A stretch of 61,845 nucleotides of DNA, the filler included, from Basidiobolus ranarum (Eukaryota), in the NCBI GenBank assembly GCA_040143965.1. It is 14 parts of 14 records of this genome, joined end to end, with 100 filler letters (N's around TTAATTAATTAA, not from the genome) between each part and the next. Parts side by side here need not be neighbours in the genome. Positions count along the whole stretch, not along the records: positions 22,151 to 26,477 come from JASJQH010002009.1; positions 26,578 to 30,903 come from JASJQH010002010.1; positions 31,004 to 35,328 come from JASJQH010002011.1; positions 35,429 to 39,752 come from JASJQH010002012.1; 10 more parts are not named here. The stretch is one strand, 5' to 3'. The notes under the pieces were generated by a model. That model was not told the origin of the DNA. It did not search any database and worked only from the letters and a program-made list of their open reading frames with translations. The first letter of the stretch is position 1. The number at the start of each line of letters is the position of its first letter. The position numbers and the translations under genes are program-made. Below, in pieces: positions 25,006-36,539 of the stretch.

Positions 25006-25989
25006 ATGGTGCCTTCAGCATGGTTCTACTTGGCGTTGTTAGCTACTCTAGTTACGGGCGAACCTCTTGGGGAGTATAAGATCGTTGGAGGAAGTGTAGC
25101 CAATAGTGAATTTCCGTTCATGGCGCATTTAGTAATGGAGAAACTAGGAAGTTGTGGTGGCGCAGTAATTGGTACCAAGTGGATCATTACTGCTGCTCAC
25201 TGCATCTACAGAGACACTCTAAGTCGCGGAACTTCATCGGATTTGATAGTTCCGGATGATATAACAGTCTCGTTGGGTTCTCTGGAGATGAAAGGAAAGA
25301 TCCAAGTCAAAGTACAAAAAGTGTATCCTCATCCAAAGTACGACTCCGTCCTATTCAAGGTATTTTTATTCCTTCTCTGACTCACACTCCTGTAGATAAA
25401 TCCATATAACATTGACTTGAAACTAAAGGACGATTTGGCACTCCTTGAGCTTAATGACGAGCTTAAATTTGGACAAAATTTATCTCGAATCCCGATAGAT
25501 ATAAATAAGATTATCCCGAACCAACCAGTTATAGCAGCAGGATGGGGACAAACTGAAAGCTCGCTATCATCTCCTCAACTGCTGCAAGTGCCATTACGTA
25601 CTGCTCCAAAGCAACTTTGTCGTAAAGACCGCCCACGATTCCAATCCCACAACGGCCCTCAAATTTGCACAGGTAGAACACCGGGACGAGATACTTGTCC
25701 AGGTGATTCTGGTGGGCCCTTGGTGACTGGAGAGCGAGGAATCCCAATGACTCTGCTAGGAATAACCAGTTTTGGTACATACACATCTGCACAGGGATTT
25801 CATTGTGGCAATGATACCCTCGGCTATTACACTCATGTTGCGCACTATTTGGATTTTATCAGAGCTACTACCAAGCTTAATGACTCTCAGCTGTTGGCAC
25901 CGGCCATTTATGTAAATGAAAATAGTAATGCTCGTTCGCAGCCAATATACTGGTATTTTGTAGTGCTGTGGTTTTGTATTATCATCTGA
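25006..25989 (+). CDS. Secreted trypsin-like serine protease (S1A) with hydrophobic C-terminal tail
   Basis: Signal peptide, K-IVGG activation site, TAAHC, DDLALL, RDTCPGDSGGP (S1 Asp). Intron 25360-25428. Confidence 0.95.
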
Positions 25990-26231
25990 CAACAATAATG
26001 CTATTACCAATGGTAATACACCGGGTATTTACCAACTAAATTTCAACATTAGTTTTGATTGGTTGGAGTGGCCTAGCAATGCTGAGGGCATATGGTTGTC
26101 CAATCATTGTACATAACTATCATTGTTGACAAAGCAAATTTTTCCGTATCATGAATACGAAGAATGATTGGACAAATGCTGTTACAACTAGTGGTATGAA
26201 GCCTGATTGGACTATTTCTCAGGGAGAGTAT

Positions 26232-26297
26232 AGAAACTGTTCGAATGTGAGAGAACAAACTAGAAATTTGCGGAATCTATATCGGGTTCTATATAAA
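26232..26297 (+). promoter_or_regulatory. Heat-shock element (step-type nGAAn array) and TATA box of hsp70
   Basis: GAA at 26233, 26243, 26253, 26263 and 26273 (exact 10-bp period). TATATAAA at 26290. ATTGG boxes upstream. Confidence 0.7.
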
Positions 26298-26372
26298 TTC
26301 AAAAATTCCGCATTCATTGAAAGGCATTCATCGTTATTGTTGTAATCTCCTAATTTTTAATTCACATTAACT

Positions 26373-26477
26373 ATGTCCAAAGCTGTCGGAATTGATTTGG
26401 GTACCACCTACTCTTGCGTCGGTGTCTGGCAAAACGATCGTGTTGAGATCATTGCCAACGACCAAGGTAATAGAACT
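26373..26477 (+). CDS. HSP70: Cytosolic Hsp70 (SSA-type), 5' fragment
   Basis: [35 protein letters not shown], the Hsp70 signature. Confidence 0.95.
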
Positions 26478-26577
26478 NNNNNNNNNNNNNNNNNNNNNNN
26501 NNNNNNNNNNNNNNNNNNNNNTTAATTAATTAANNNNNNNNNNNNNNNNNNNNNNNNNNNNNNNNNNNNNNNNNNNN

Positions 26578-28549
26578 TCATATTTGGCATACAAACTGTT
26601 GATACCCCATCTTAGAGTTTTGATAAAAACACCAAAATATAGATCTTGGATCCATTACCAAAGTACTCACTATAAAGCTAATGGTATTATCAATATCCTC
26701 AATGAATGTAACTACCACAAGCTGAAAAGTCAAGGTTTCTTAGAAAACATGTATGGTCATGCATTTGCATAATCTCTGGAATGTTTCTCACTAAACAAAG
26801 GTTTGTTGTAAATGATTGCTGGCCAATAATTTTAATTATCTTTAGCCTCCCTCCTTCTGAGCAGTAAAAGAGTCATCATACTTTGATACTGACCATTATA
26901 GCTGGACCTAAATCACTAGTACTTATAGATTGCTTCTTGAAGCCTTTGATTGCAGAATTTGAATGGTTGTGTATTGAGGTTCAGATGGGTCAATACTTTT
27001 AAAACTAATATCATTGTATGTATAGTAGCACTTCAGCCATATGTGGACTTGGAGGCTTTTGTGGGCACAAGGCACTATCTTGCTCTAGACTTTGTCAAAT
27101 CAATGTAGGTTCCTCCACCAGGAATATGAATTACTACCATCCAAATACAACAGTAAACTCATTGACTTTACCATCAAGAACCCAGTCAGATTGCAACATT
27201 CTCATGGATATCAATTGACCATATGGTGTGTCCAACATCAAACATGTGATTAGCAACAAGTCTAAGATTACATTGCTAAAGGGAGCAGCTGGAGCCCAAG
27301 CATTCCATTAGGCACTATGCACTTACTTTTCAACAATGTTGTAATACAACTTATACAGCTATTTAGTGAAAAATTCAATATGAATGAGCCAATCAAGATA
27401 GGATCAAAGTTTGAATCAATTGGGTAACTGCATGATAAGTATTGGCAACATTGAGAGTTGTTTGTTGATATTGTTAAAATATTCCTATGGCTTCAATTCA
27501 AATTGGCAGATCTCTGGCAGATACAGCAACTGTCCATAAATTTTGTAATTAAATATGAAAAGCTTTATTACTGGTTTGAAGCAGATAGACTGAATCTATG
27601 CAAGTTTTCAATATATTGCCTGCTGCATCTTTTACATTGCTTAGATCATACGGGTCCTTGCTACCCATTCTGGGAGTTCCCCATGAAGCACACCTGTGGC
27701 AAATTGATGCTGTGTGTAAAATCATTAGAACTACTGTATGCTAATCTCATCAACAATATTTCAGCAAAATCATTGATGGATGTTATCCAATGCATTAAGG
27801 AGACTCCAGACTGCATTAATCTTCCCACCAAGGGCACTTTTCAATGTGTTTACAAATTTTTGCATTGTTCAAGCATAATAACAACTATAAAACCCAATCC
27901 ATGGACTCAGAGTAAATATTGCTATAATTTGGACTAATTTGTTTCTGACAATCTGTCAGTAACTCTAGCAAAGCTGCAAGACAGACTCCTTGGTGAAATA
28001 GATTGAGATATGCAGTATTATCATTTTAGCCATGGGGTTTTCTATTCAAATGATGAGCCATTTACTTGTGGTAGGACATTTGTTGACTGCATGTTGAGGA
28101 TATTTTAGCTGAATGTTTTACAGAAATTTGCCAAAATCCAAGAGCTTATTCTCATTATGACTGGTAACAAGAGGCAGCTATTTGCCAAGTGTCATTGATA
28201 TTCAAAATTTCAGATGTTTTACAATTTTCCACCATTTGTTCACTGTTTAATGATATTGATGTTGTTCAGCAGTGTCTGATCAGTCAACTGTGTTCCTATA
28301 TAGATACTAAACACAACTAAATGCTTGTACATTTTGATTCTCATTATTGCTGAAATACAAAGCCTACAATACCTCATTAAAGCCATGCATATTAATTTAA
28401 ATTATATAGCAGTAAACCCAGTAATTTGCCATTTCTATCAAAATCCCTTGTAGAGTGCAAGTCACAAATGTTGTGCTGGCTCTCTGATTGTTTGGTTATC
28501 AAGCAGGGTTGATCCAATTTGTATCAAATCATTCTATTTTTTTCATGGG
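26578..28549 (+). mobile_element. Degenerate CMC/CACTA transposase copy with transposase-side terminus
   Basis: Fragments WPIIL, IIAGPKS, YEKLYY, GPCYPFWEFPM with many stops. Homology with other copies ends at degraded ...TTTTTCATGGG. Confidence 0.85.
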
Positions 28550-29295
28550 TAATCCAGGAGCAGGAAGCTAGTAAACCCAAAGAAAAGCCAAGGAGTCAGT
28601 GAGCTTTGGCTCTACTGGCCCACTTACCAAATTATGGACTTCATAAAAACAATCTGTATTTCTGGAGCCAGGTATATCACAAGATATACTAGCAAAAAGG
28701 CTTAATTTGGACATGGAAACAGGTACACCCGTTGGAAGAGTACTACATTTGTAATTTTATCTGACACCTGGTGCAATTCAATAAGCCAAAACACTAGCAA
28801 ATACAACTGATACCTCTCCAACCTCTTCTAGTAATTTTAAAGTGTTGAAATTAGCCACAAATGTGAAAGCAAGCCAAATGCCTCACAAACACTGCAAAGC
28901 ACCCTCAGTGATGTCATACAACAATGTTGTAAAAGAATAGTAGAAGTGCTGCCAGAGTATGTACTAGGGCATGAAGTGAGAAAAACAGTGCAAGTAATCA
29001 CAAAGTGGCTTCAGAAGAAAAACACATAACTTGACATTAAGTCTGGTGTTGACCATGGAGATATTTGGGAAGAACTTAGTACAAAGTTGCATATTCTTGC
29101 AGGGTATCAACCAGATAGCTGGAAGAATGTTGATTCAGCAACATTAACTCATTAGTGGGCTTTGATGGAGTTACTCATATGAGTTTATATTGAATATGTG
29201 CTAAACCTTGAATATGAAGAACTTTATAAAATTATTTAGGCAAATATATCAACCAGACCATGGATTTTAAAGGTGACAAATTTGCATTCAAGTGG
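28550..29295 (+). mobile_element. Degenerate ORF2 region of another CMC copy
   Basis: Aligns with ~45560-46297. Confidence 0.75.
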
Positions 29296-29299
29296 TATA

Positions 29300-30060
29300 T
29301 ATCTTCATCACTCATGAAAACCTCTATAATTTGGAATTCCTCATAATCAACAAGCCAATGTGTCTAATCTGTGAAATGTTGGGAGGCTCAAGAATCAATA
29401 TTCCATGCATGAGAATTCTGGTTGGTAGTCATAGATAGAGCAGATATGAATAAGTGATCTTTTGTAGTAACCACATTTCCAGATTCAGTTCATTTTTATT
29501 CTTTTGCATTTCTTTCATAGCAATCTTTGCTTAAATGGCCAGTTCCACTACAGTACCCACAGAACAACTTACTTTTCTTCTTAAAGTGCTTTTGACCTTT
29601 ATAGGAAGGTAACCTTTGGCCCATGAAATCATTTTCCTCTTTCTTTTGGTTGGATCCTAATTTGCATAAATCTTCATCCAGAAGTCAGTCATATACATAA
29701 TTGAAGATCAAATTTCCAATTCTTGATTTTGGAGATATTACTAGGCTCTGAAGCATGTGTGGCAGGCTATTCAGGACTGTAATTATAATATCTAGATCAA
29801 TAGTAGGTACTCCAATGCATTCCATATAGTCCACTATAATAGTAACTCTACTGATAAGTGATATAATGTCTTCTGCTGGCTACATCTTTTAGTTAAAGAA
29901 TGGTCTTGTTGGAAACATCTTGATGGCTACAGAACATGTTTGGTAGGTGTCTTCCAAGGCCTTCCATACCTTCTTGGCAGTTTTCACACTTAAACATTAA
30001 ATTAGCATTCTGTCTGTGACATGGAGACAAATTGTGTTAATGGCACTGGGTTCCTTTTCT
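29300..30060 (-). mobile_element. Degenerate Copia gag/protease fragment
   Basis: Minus-strand zinc knuckle CGYCSGTGHLSKDC (~29520-29561) and protease WNIDS*ASQHF. Boundaries approximate. Confidence 0.75.
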
Positions 30061-30089
30061 ACCTGGAGTAAAGCTTTGGTTCCAGATAT

Positions 30090-30830
30090 TTTAACACAGT
30101 GGAGAGGGCAAAAAAAATGTTACTTGAACAAAAGTTAGATAACCAATATTGGGGAGATTCTGTCTCCAATGCAGTCTATATCAAAAATAGATGCCCAACA
30201 AGATTGATACAAAATTCTACTCCATTTGAAGCCCTATATGAATTAAAACCAAGTGTGGATTATCTCACAATCTTTTGTTGCATAGCATATTGCCTCATTT
30301 GATCTCAAAAACACTCTAAATTGGAATCTGAAAGTAAGAAAATGCATATTTCTTGGTTACTGTGATGAATCTGAGGCCTACAGACTGCCTAACACCAAAA
30401 ATTAGAAGATGATTAAGAGCAGGATGTGATTTTTGATGAAAAAGTAATGGTTTCACCTCATATCACAGTTTTTGATCCAGAACACACAATCAGCACTATT
30501 CAGGAAGTGTGTGACAAGATTCCAGCTTTATTAGATCCCTATTCAACCAAATTTCAAGTCCATATTACATAAGAGGATGGTTCAGGACCCAGAAAATAAT
30601 CCAGAAAGAGAAATAAGCTATGAGACTGGTGGAATACTTCTAATGATGATGTATACGCTTATGTCACATTCTGTGATAAGCGACACACTCTAGATCAAGC
30701 TGATGGAACCATAGAAAGCTACAAAGCAAGATTAGATGCAAAAGTTTATTCCCATTCTCCAGGAGTTGATTTCCATGAACCTTTTGCTCCAGTAGCTGAG
30801 TTTAGCTCCATTAGATCAATCCTGGTTAGT
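30090..30830 (+). mobile_element. Degenerate Copia integrase/RT fragments
   Basis: YWGDSVSNAVYIKNRCPT..TPFEAL and DGTIESYKARL..GVDFHEPFAPV, similar to 32660-33560. Confidence 0.8.
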
Positions 30831-31003
30831 TCACTCATTCAGGGTTTCAAGGATTGGTAAGATTGTTTGGGGATTATCAAATTAAACAACATGCTTCACT
30901 GCTNNNNNNNNNNNNNNNNNNNNNNNNNNNNNNNNNNNNNNNNNNNNTTAATTAATTAANNNNNNNNNNNNNNNNNNNNNNNNNNNNNNNNNNNNNNNNN
31001 NNN

Positions 31004-33809
31004 AGAAGACAGGGACCTTTGGGGATTTGTTACACAAGAAGAAATAAAACTAAAGGGACCACCAGAAGCTATTCTTGCCTTTCATAAGAAGCAGGGGAAA
31101 GCACTCTCCACACTCTGTCCACATCTCAGAGACTCTCAATTAAGGCACATTCAATCAGCCAAAAACATATAATTTGCTGGGGAAAGACTTGAGGAACTAT
31201 ACAAGACTAAAGGTCTGGCTAATAGGCAATATCTTTGGCAAAAATTATTAGCTATGGAGATCAATACTGATGATCCTATGATTAATAATATAAGGTGGAT
31301 AAAAACTGTGACAGATCTGCTCTCATCCATTGCAGCACCTCTCAATGAAGATGACTTAATAATGACACTAATTGGGAGCCTGCCAGACAAGTTTGGAAAA
31401 ATAATAGTTGTCCTTGAACCCAGATAAGGGACATTAGCAATGGAATATGTTGTTGCTAGGCTTTTGATTGAGGAATTAAGGAGATCTAATTCTCAGCTAA
31501 ATAATGTAGAGAAGGCATTTTTTGGAGCTGTAAAACATCCAACAGGCTTCAATAATGGTGCCTCTAATTGAAAATTAATCATCTGCAACTATTGCAAGAA
31601 ACCATGCCATTTAATCAAAGATTGCAGAAAAAGGATTTTTGCCGGAAAGCTAAAATTGGAACAAGCAGATCAAGTAAGCACTGAAAGAGATCATCTATTT
31701 GTGTCTGCCCTAACAATAACCACTAAGGAAGCCTCAGAAATGTAGTACATTGATGCAGGAGCTTCCCAGCATTTCTCAAACAAGAAAGATTGATTTTCCA
31801 GCTTCAAACTAATCCAAACAAGGAATGTCTACTTATGGGATGACTGTGCACTAGAGGCAGTTGGTAAGGGCACAGTTGTGCTTAATGTAGATCAAAATTC
31901 AGCTTTGCCATCTGCAAAATTGGATACTATACTTTATGTACCAAATATGGCCAAGACTCTACTCTCAGTGAGCCAGGCAAAAACTCAAGGGCTAAAATTT
32001 GTGCTCAGCAAAGCTGGATGCACTATTGAATATCAGAATTATATCAAATTGGCTACTGGGCTCAAAACTCAAAACTTATACAAGCTAGAAATCAACAAAA
32101 TGCTTTCTGAGCATTCAAACTTGGCAAAACTGGTAAATAAGCTTTCAAATGTCACATAGAAGAATAGGCAACATTGAGGAAAGAAAACCAACCCAAATGA
32201 ACCAAAATCAGCTTTGTTCAGGTTTGGAATTTGAAAATAACACTAAATTTTGTTGGTGTGAAGATTGCATATATGGAAAATAACACAGACAGCTGTTTTC
32301 AAGCTCTGGAGACATCAACTCCACTCCAAATTTTAGGCTGATTCAGTCTGATCTTTGTGGGCTCATGAAAAATGTTGCACAAGGTGGGAAAAGGTACTTT
32401 ATGTGCTTTATTGATGACAAAAAAAGATATACTCAAGTATTCTTTCTCAAATCAAAATCTGAAGCTTTAACTACATTCAAGCATTAAAAAGCAGTGTTAG
32501 AGAAAGAATCAGCACAAAAAATAAGGGTACAATGGAGTAATGATGGTGGACAATACTGTTCTGAAGATGTTGCTAGTTTTTGCTCTAAACCTGAAATTAA
32601 GAAACAAACCACGCTACTTCATGCTCCACAGCAAAATGGAGTTGCACAACATGCTAGTAGGACCATAGTGGAGATGGCCAGATCAATGTTACATGATCAA
32701 AAGTTGGATCACCAATATTGGGCTGAATCTTCCTCCACTACAGTCTTTCTCAAAAATAGATGCCCAACAAGATTGCTACAAAATTCCACTCCATTTGAAG
32801 CCCTGTATGGATCAATACCAAGTGTGGCTCATCTCAGGATCTTTGGTTGCACAGCATATTGCCTAATCTTGGCTTGAAAATGCTTGTAATTAGAACTCAA
32901 ACGGATAAAAAGCATATTTCCTGGTTACTGTGATGGGTGTGAGGCCTACAGACTGCTTGATAGCAAGAATCAGAAGTCAATTGAGTACAGAGAAGTGAGA
33001 AGTTCATCAAGTGCAGAAATGTGATTTTAGATGAAAAAGCAAATTTTTCACCTGAATTCACAGTTCTTGATCCAGAATACTCAACCAGCACAATCAAGGA
33101 GCATCTGAAAATGTTTCTGCTCTACCTGAGCCATATTTAACCAACATTATAGTCCTAAGTACATCAGTGCATGATTCAAGACCCAGAAGATCATTCAGAA
33201 GGAGAAATAAGCCTGGAAACTGGTGAAACACTTCCACTGATGCTGTATATGCTTATGCAGCATTCTGTGACAAACCACAGACTCTACATCAAGCTCTGTA
33301 GTGTCCAGAATTAAAATTATGGTAAAAGTAATATCTGATGAGCTTACTCCTCTTCAGGATGATAAAACATGGGTTTTAAGGCCTACACCTTCAGGGAGGG
33401 AGCCCATAGGTTGCAAATGGGTCTACAAAGTCAAAAACCAAGCTGATGGAACCATAGAAAGGTACTAAGCAACAGTAGTTGCAACAGGCTATTCCCAGAC
33501 TCCAGGACTTGATTTTCAGAAAGCATTTGCTCCAGTAGCTAAGGTTAGCTCCATTAGATCAATTCTGGCACTCTTAGCCATCCTTAAGCTTGATTTACAT
33601 CAGATGGATGTAAAAATAGCCTTTCTTAGTAGAATTCAGAAGAAAAGATCTATACAGAGCAACCTGATGATATTGTTGGGCCAAAGCACCCTGATATGGT
33701 TTGTAAACTGCAAAAATTGCTATATGGCCTTAAGCAAGCACCCAGGGCTTGGTACAACAAGATAGGTACCGATTTGGAATCACTAGAATTCTAGAAGTGC
33801 ACAGCTGAT
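31004..33809 (+). mobile_element. Ty1/Copia element A: degenerate gag-PR-IN-RT(5')
   Basis: CNYCKKPCHLIKDC knuckle, YIDAGASQHF protease, PQQNGVA integrase, GCKWVYKVK, HQMDVKIAFL, LYGLKQAPRAWY. Domain order is Copia. Confidence 0.92.
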
Positions 33810-35219
33810 TGTGGAAATTAGGTAAATGGCAACTCATTATTTAGTAGTTAGTTTATTGACACTCTGATTGTAGAGTACTCAATTTTGTCATTGATAAATG
33901 TGTGTATTTTGCTCTTATTGATAGAAATATCAATTAGAACACTTTTACTAGCATTCACTATTGTCTCAAATCTTCTCCAAATGATCTCAAACTTTCACCC
34001 ATGCTCAACATGCATGTTTGCTATGATATAACCATGTCCAATAGTCCTATTTCATATTAAACTACAAGCAGGACATGTTCAATACAATTAAACTTAAGTG
34101 TCTAATTCACAAATCCAAGTCTTGTACAGAGCACTTTCAAATCCTGTGAGCACATATATCTGGTTATGAGCCCCAAGGTAGCTGTTACAAGAATGTCTAC
34201 CAGTACTATTACCAACGTTTATGCATCCAGAGACAAGTTTGATGGTAAAGACTTTTGCCTTGGGAAGTTCAAAATGCAAACAGTGCTAGAAGGCAAGGCC
34301 CTTGGGGGACTTGTTACAGGAGAAGAAATAGAGCCAAAGGGACCACCAGAAGCTATTCTTGCCTTTCACAAGAAACAGAGGAAAGCACTCTGTACACCTT
34401 GTGTACATCTCAGAGACTCTCAATTGAGGCATACACAATCAACCAAAAATGTCCAAAAAGCATGGGAAACACTTGAGGGACTATATAAGACTAAAGGTCC
34501 AGCTAATAGGCTATATCTTAGGCAAAAATTATTCTCAATTCAGATGAATTTTGATGATTCTGTGCTTAATCATATGAATTGGATAAAAACTGTGGCAGAT
34601 CAGCTCTCATCCATTGGAGCAACTCTAAATAAGATGCCTTAGTCATGACACTACTTGGGATCCTGCCAGACAAATTTGGGAACCGCATAATTGCTCTAGA
34701 ATCAAAATCAGAGCCATTAACAATGAAATATGTTAGTACTAAGCTTTTGAATGAGGAATTAATGAGATCTAATTCTCAGCAAAATGATGCAGAACAGGCA
34801 TTTTTTGGAGCTGTAAAACACCCAACAGGCTTCAATAATGGTACCCCAAATAGGAAATCCATTATCTACAAGTATTGCAAGAAACCAGGCCATATTATCA
34901 CACAATGTAAAAAAAAGATTTTTGCCAAAAAGCTAAAATCAGATCGGGCAAATCAAGTAAGCACTGATAGGGATCATCTCTTTGTGTCTGCTCCATCAGT
35001 AACAACTAAAGAGGACTGAGAAGTGTGGTACATTGATTCAGGAGATTCCCAGCATATGTTAAACAGGAAAGCTTGGTTTCCTGATTAAAACCAATCCAAA
35101 CAAGGAAAGTCTACTTAGGTGATGACTATGCACTAAAAGCTATTGGTAAGCACATAGTTGTACTCAATTTAGACCAAATTAAGATATACCATCTGAAAAT
35201 TTTCATGATGTACTCTATG
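33810..35219 (+). mobile_element. Ty1/Copia element B nested in RT of element A: 5' LTR (~33810-34161), PBS GGTTATGAGCCC (34162-34173), gag-PR
   Basis: RT homology of A stops at TGTGGAAATTAG. Gag KFDGKDF..KFKMQTVLEGK, KYCKKPGHIITQC, WYIDSGDSQHM is closely related to element A. Confidence 0.88.
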
Positions 35220-35328
35220 TGATAAAAGTGTTTAGGGGATTTGGAAGTGTTTTGGACAAGATTTGGATTTGTGAATTAGACACTTAAGTTTTATTGAATT
35301 GAATATGTCCTATTTATAGTTTACTATG
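35220..35328 (-). mobile_element. LTR 3' end of the element-B family, inserted in reverse orientation into B
   Basis: Reverse complement of ~34055-34161 (CTTAAGTGTCTAATTCACAAATCCAA), ending ...TTTATCA. Confidence 0.8.
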
Positions 35329-35499
35329 NNNNNNNNNNNNNNNNNNNNNNNNNNNNNNNNNNNNNNNNNNNNTTAATTAATTAANNNNNNNNNNNNNNNN
35401 NNNNNNNNNNNNNNNNNNNNNNNNNNNNGTCCTCAACTTGCACGTGGCTATCTCAATCGTCCAGACTTGACAAAGAAAGCCTTCATAATGAACCCATTA

Positions 35500-36539
35500 G
35501 CAACTGATGAGCGCTTATACATGATTGGTAGTTTGATGTATAGCATGGTTGGAACATGGCCAGATATAGCATATTCAGTGGGAGTTATGTGCTAATATCT
35601 TTGAAATTATGGATCAGAGCAAATCATAGCAGTTAAGTGGATTTTCAGATATTTGAAAGGTCTGTGGATCTATGCTTAAAATACACATATTATAGATCAA
35701 ACTCTGATCTGATTGGATATTCAGATGCAAATTGGGGAAGAGATATCAAAGACAGGGGATCTACAATGGGATGCTTATTTCTTTGCTGTAATGGAGCTAT
35801 TTCTTGGAATTCAAAGAAACAACCTACTGTAACACTTTCAACAACAGAAGCAGAATACACAGCTGCCTGTGAAGCAACAAAAGAAGCAATAAGGTTAAGG
35901 AAACCCCTCACAATTTATGTTATTTTCAAAATTCACCAACTACAATATTTCAAGATAATCAAAGTTGTATCAAATTAGCTAAAAATTCCACATTTCATAT
36001 TAGAAGCCAGCATATAGATATTGGGCATCACTTCATTTGAGAGACTATAGAGAATAAGTTCATTGACTTAACTTATTGTTCTACAGAAGACATGATTGCT
36101 GATACATTAACCAAACCATTAGATAGACAGAAATTTGAGAAATTTAGACCCTTATTAGGATTAGTTTATATGACTATTTAGTTGAGAGAGAGTGTTGAAA
36201 TTAGCATTGCCTAAACACCTATATAGTCACATATAGCTCAATAATTAGTTATCTTACAACTCACTAAGATATTATCAATTATTCTCAATTGGAATATACT
36301 TAGAATATTTTTACCAACTTAGAAGTTCTCAGATATATAGGTTTTCAAACTTGTGCTAGAAGCCCCAAACTTTGCACACATGTTCCTGGGACCTTCCTTA
36401 ACAGATTCTACACATTAGTTTGTTTACATCTTGACAAAACTATATATGTCAACTTTCTACTCAATAAATCAATAAGTGAAAACCACCAATTCCTCTAATT
36501 CTCCAAACCACTTCCAACAGGCTCCCAAATACTTTAACA
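35500..36539 (+). mobile_element. Copia 3' end: RT/RNase H, PPT (36184-36192), complete LTR-1 (36193-36539)
   Basis: GYSDANWG, ISWNSKKQPTVTLSTTEAEY, DNQSCI, MIADTLTKPL, then GAGAGAGAG and TGTTGAAATT...TTTAACA. Confidence 0.92.

Noticed and set aside
26236-26250. GTTCGAA as a tRNA T-loop (also ~886, ~43788)
   Set aside because: No cloverleaf or A-box context. No tRNA or rRNA gene was recognised in the window.
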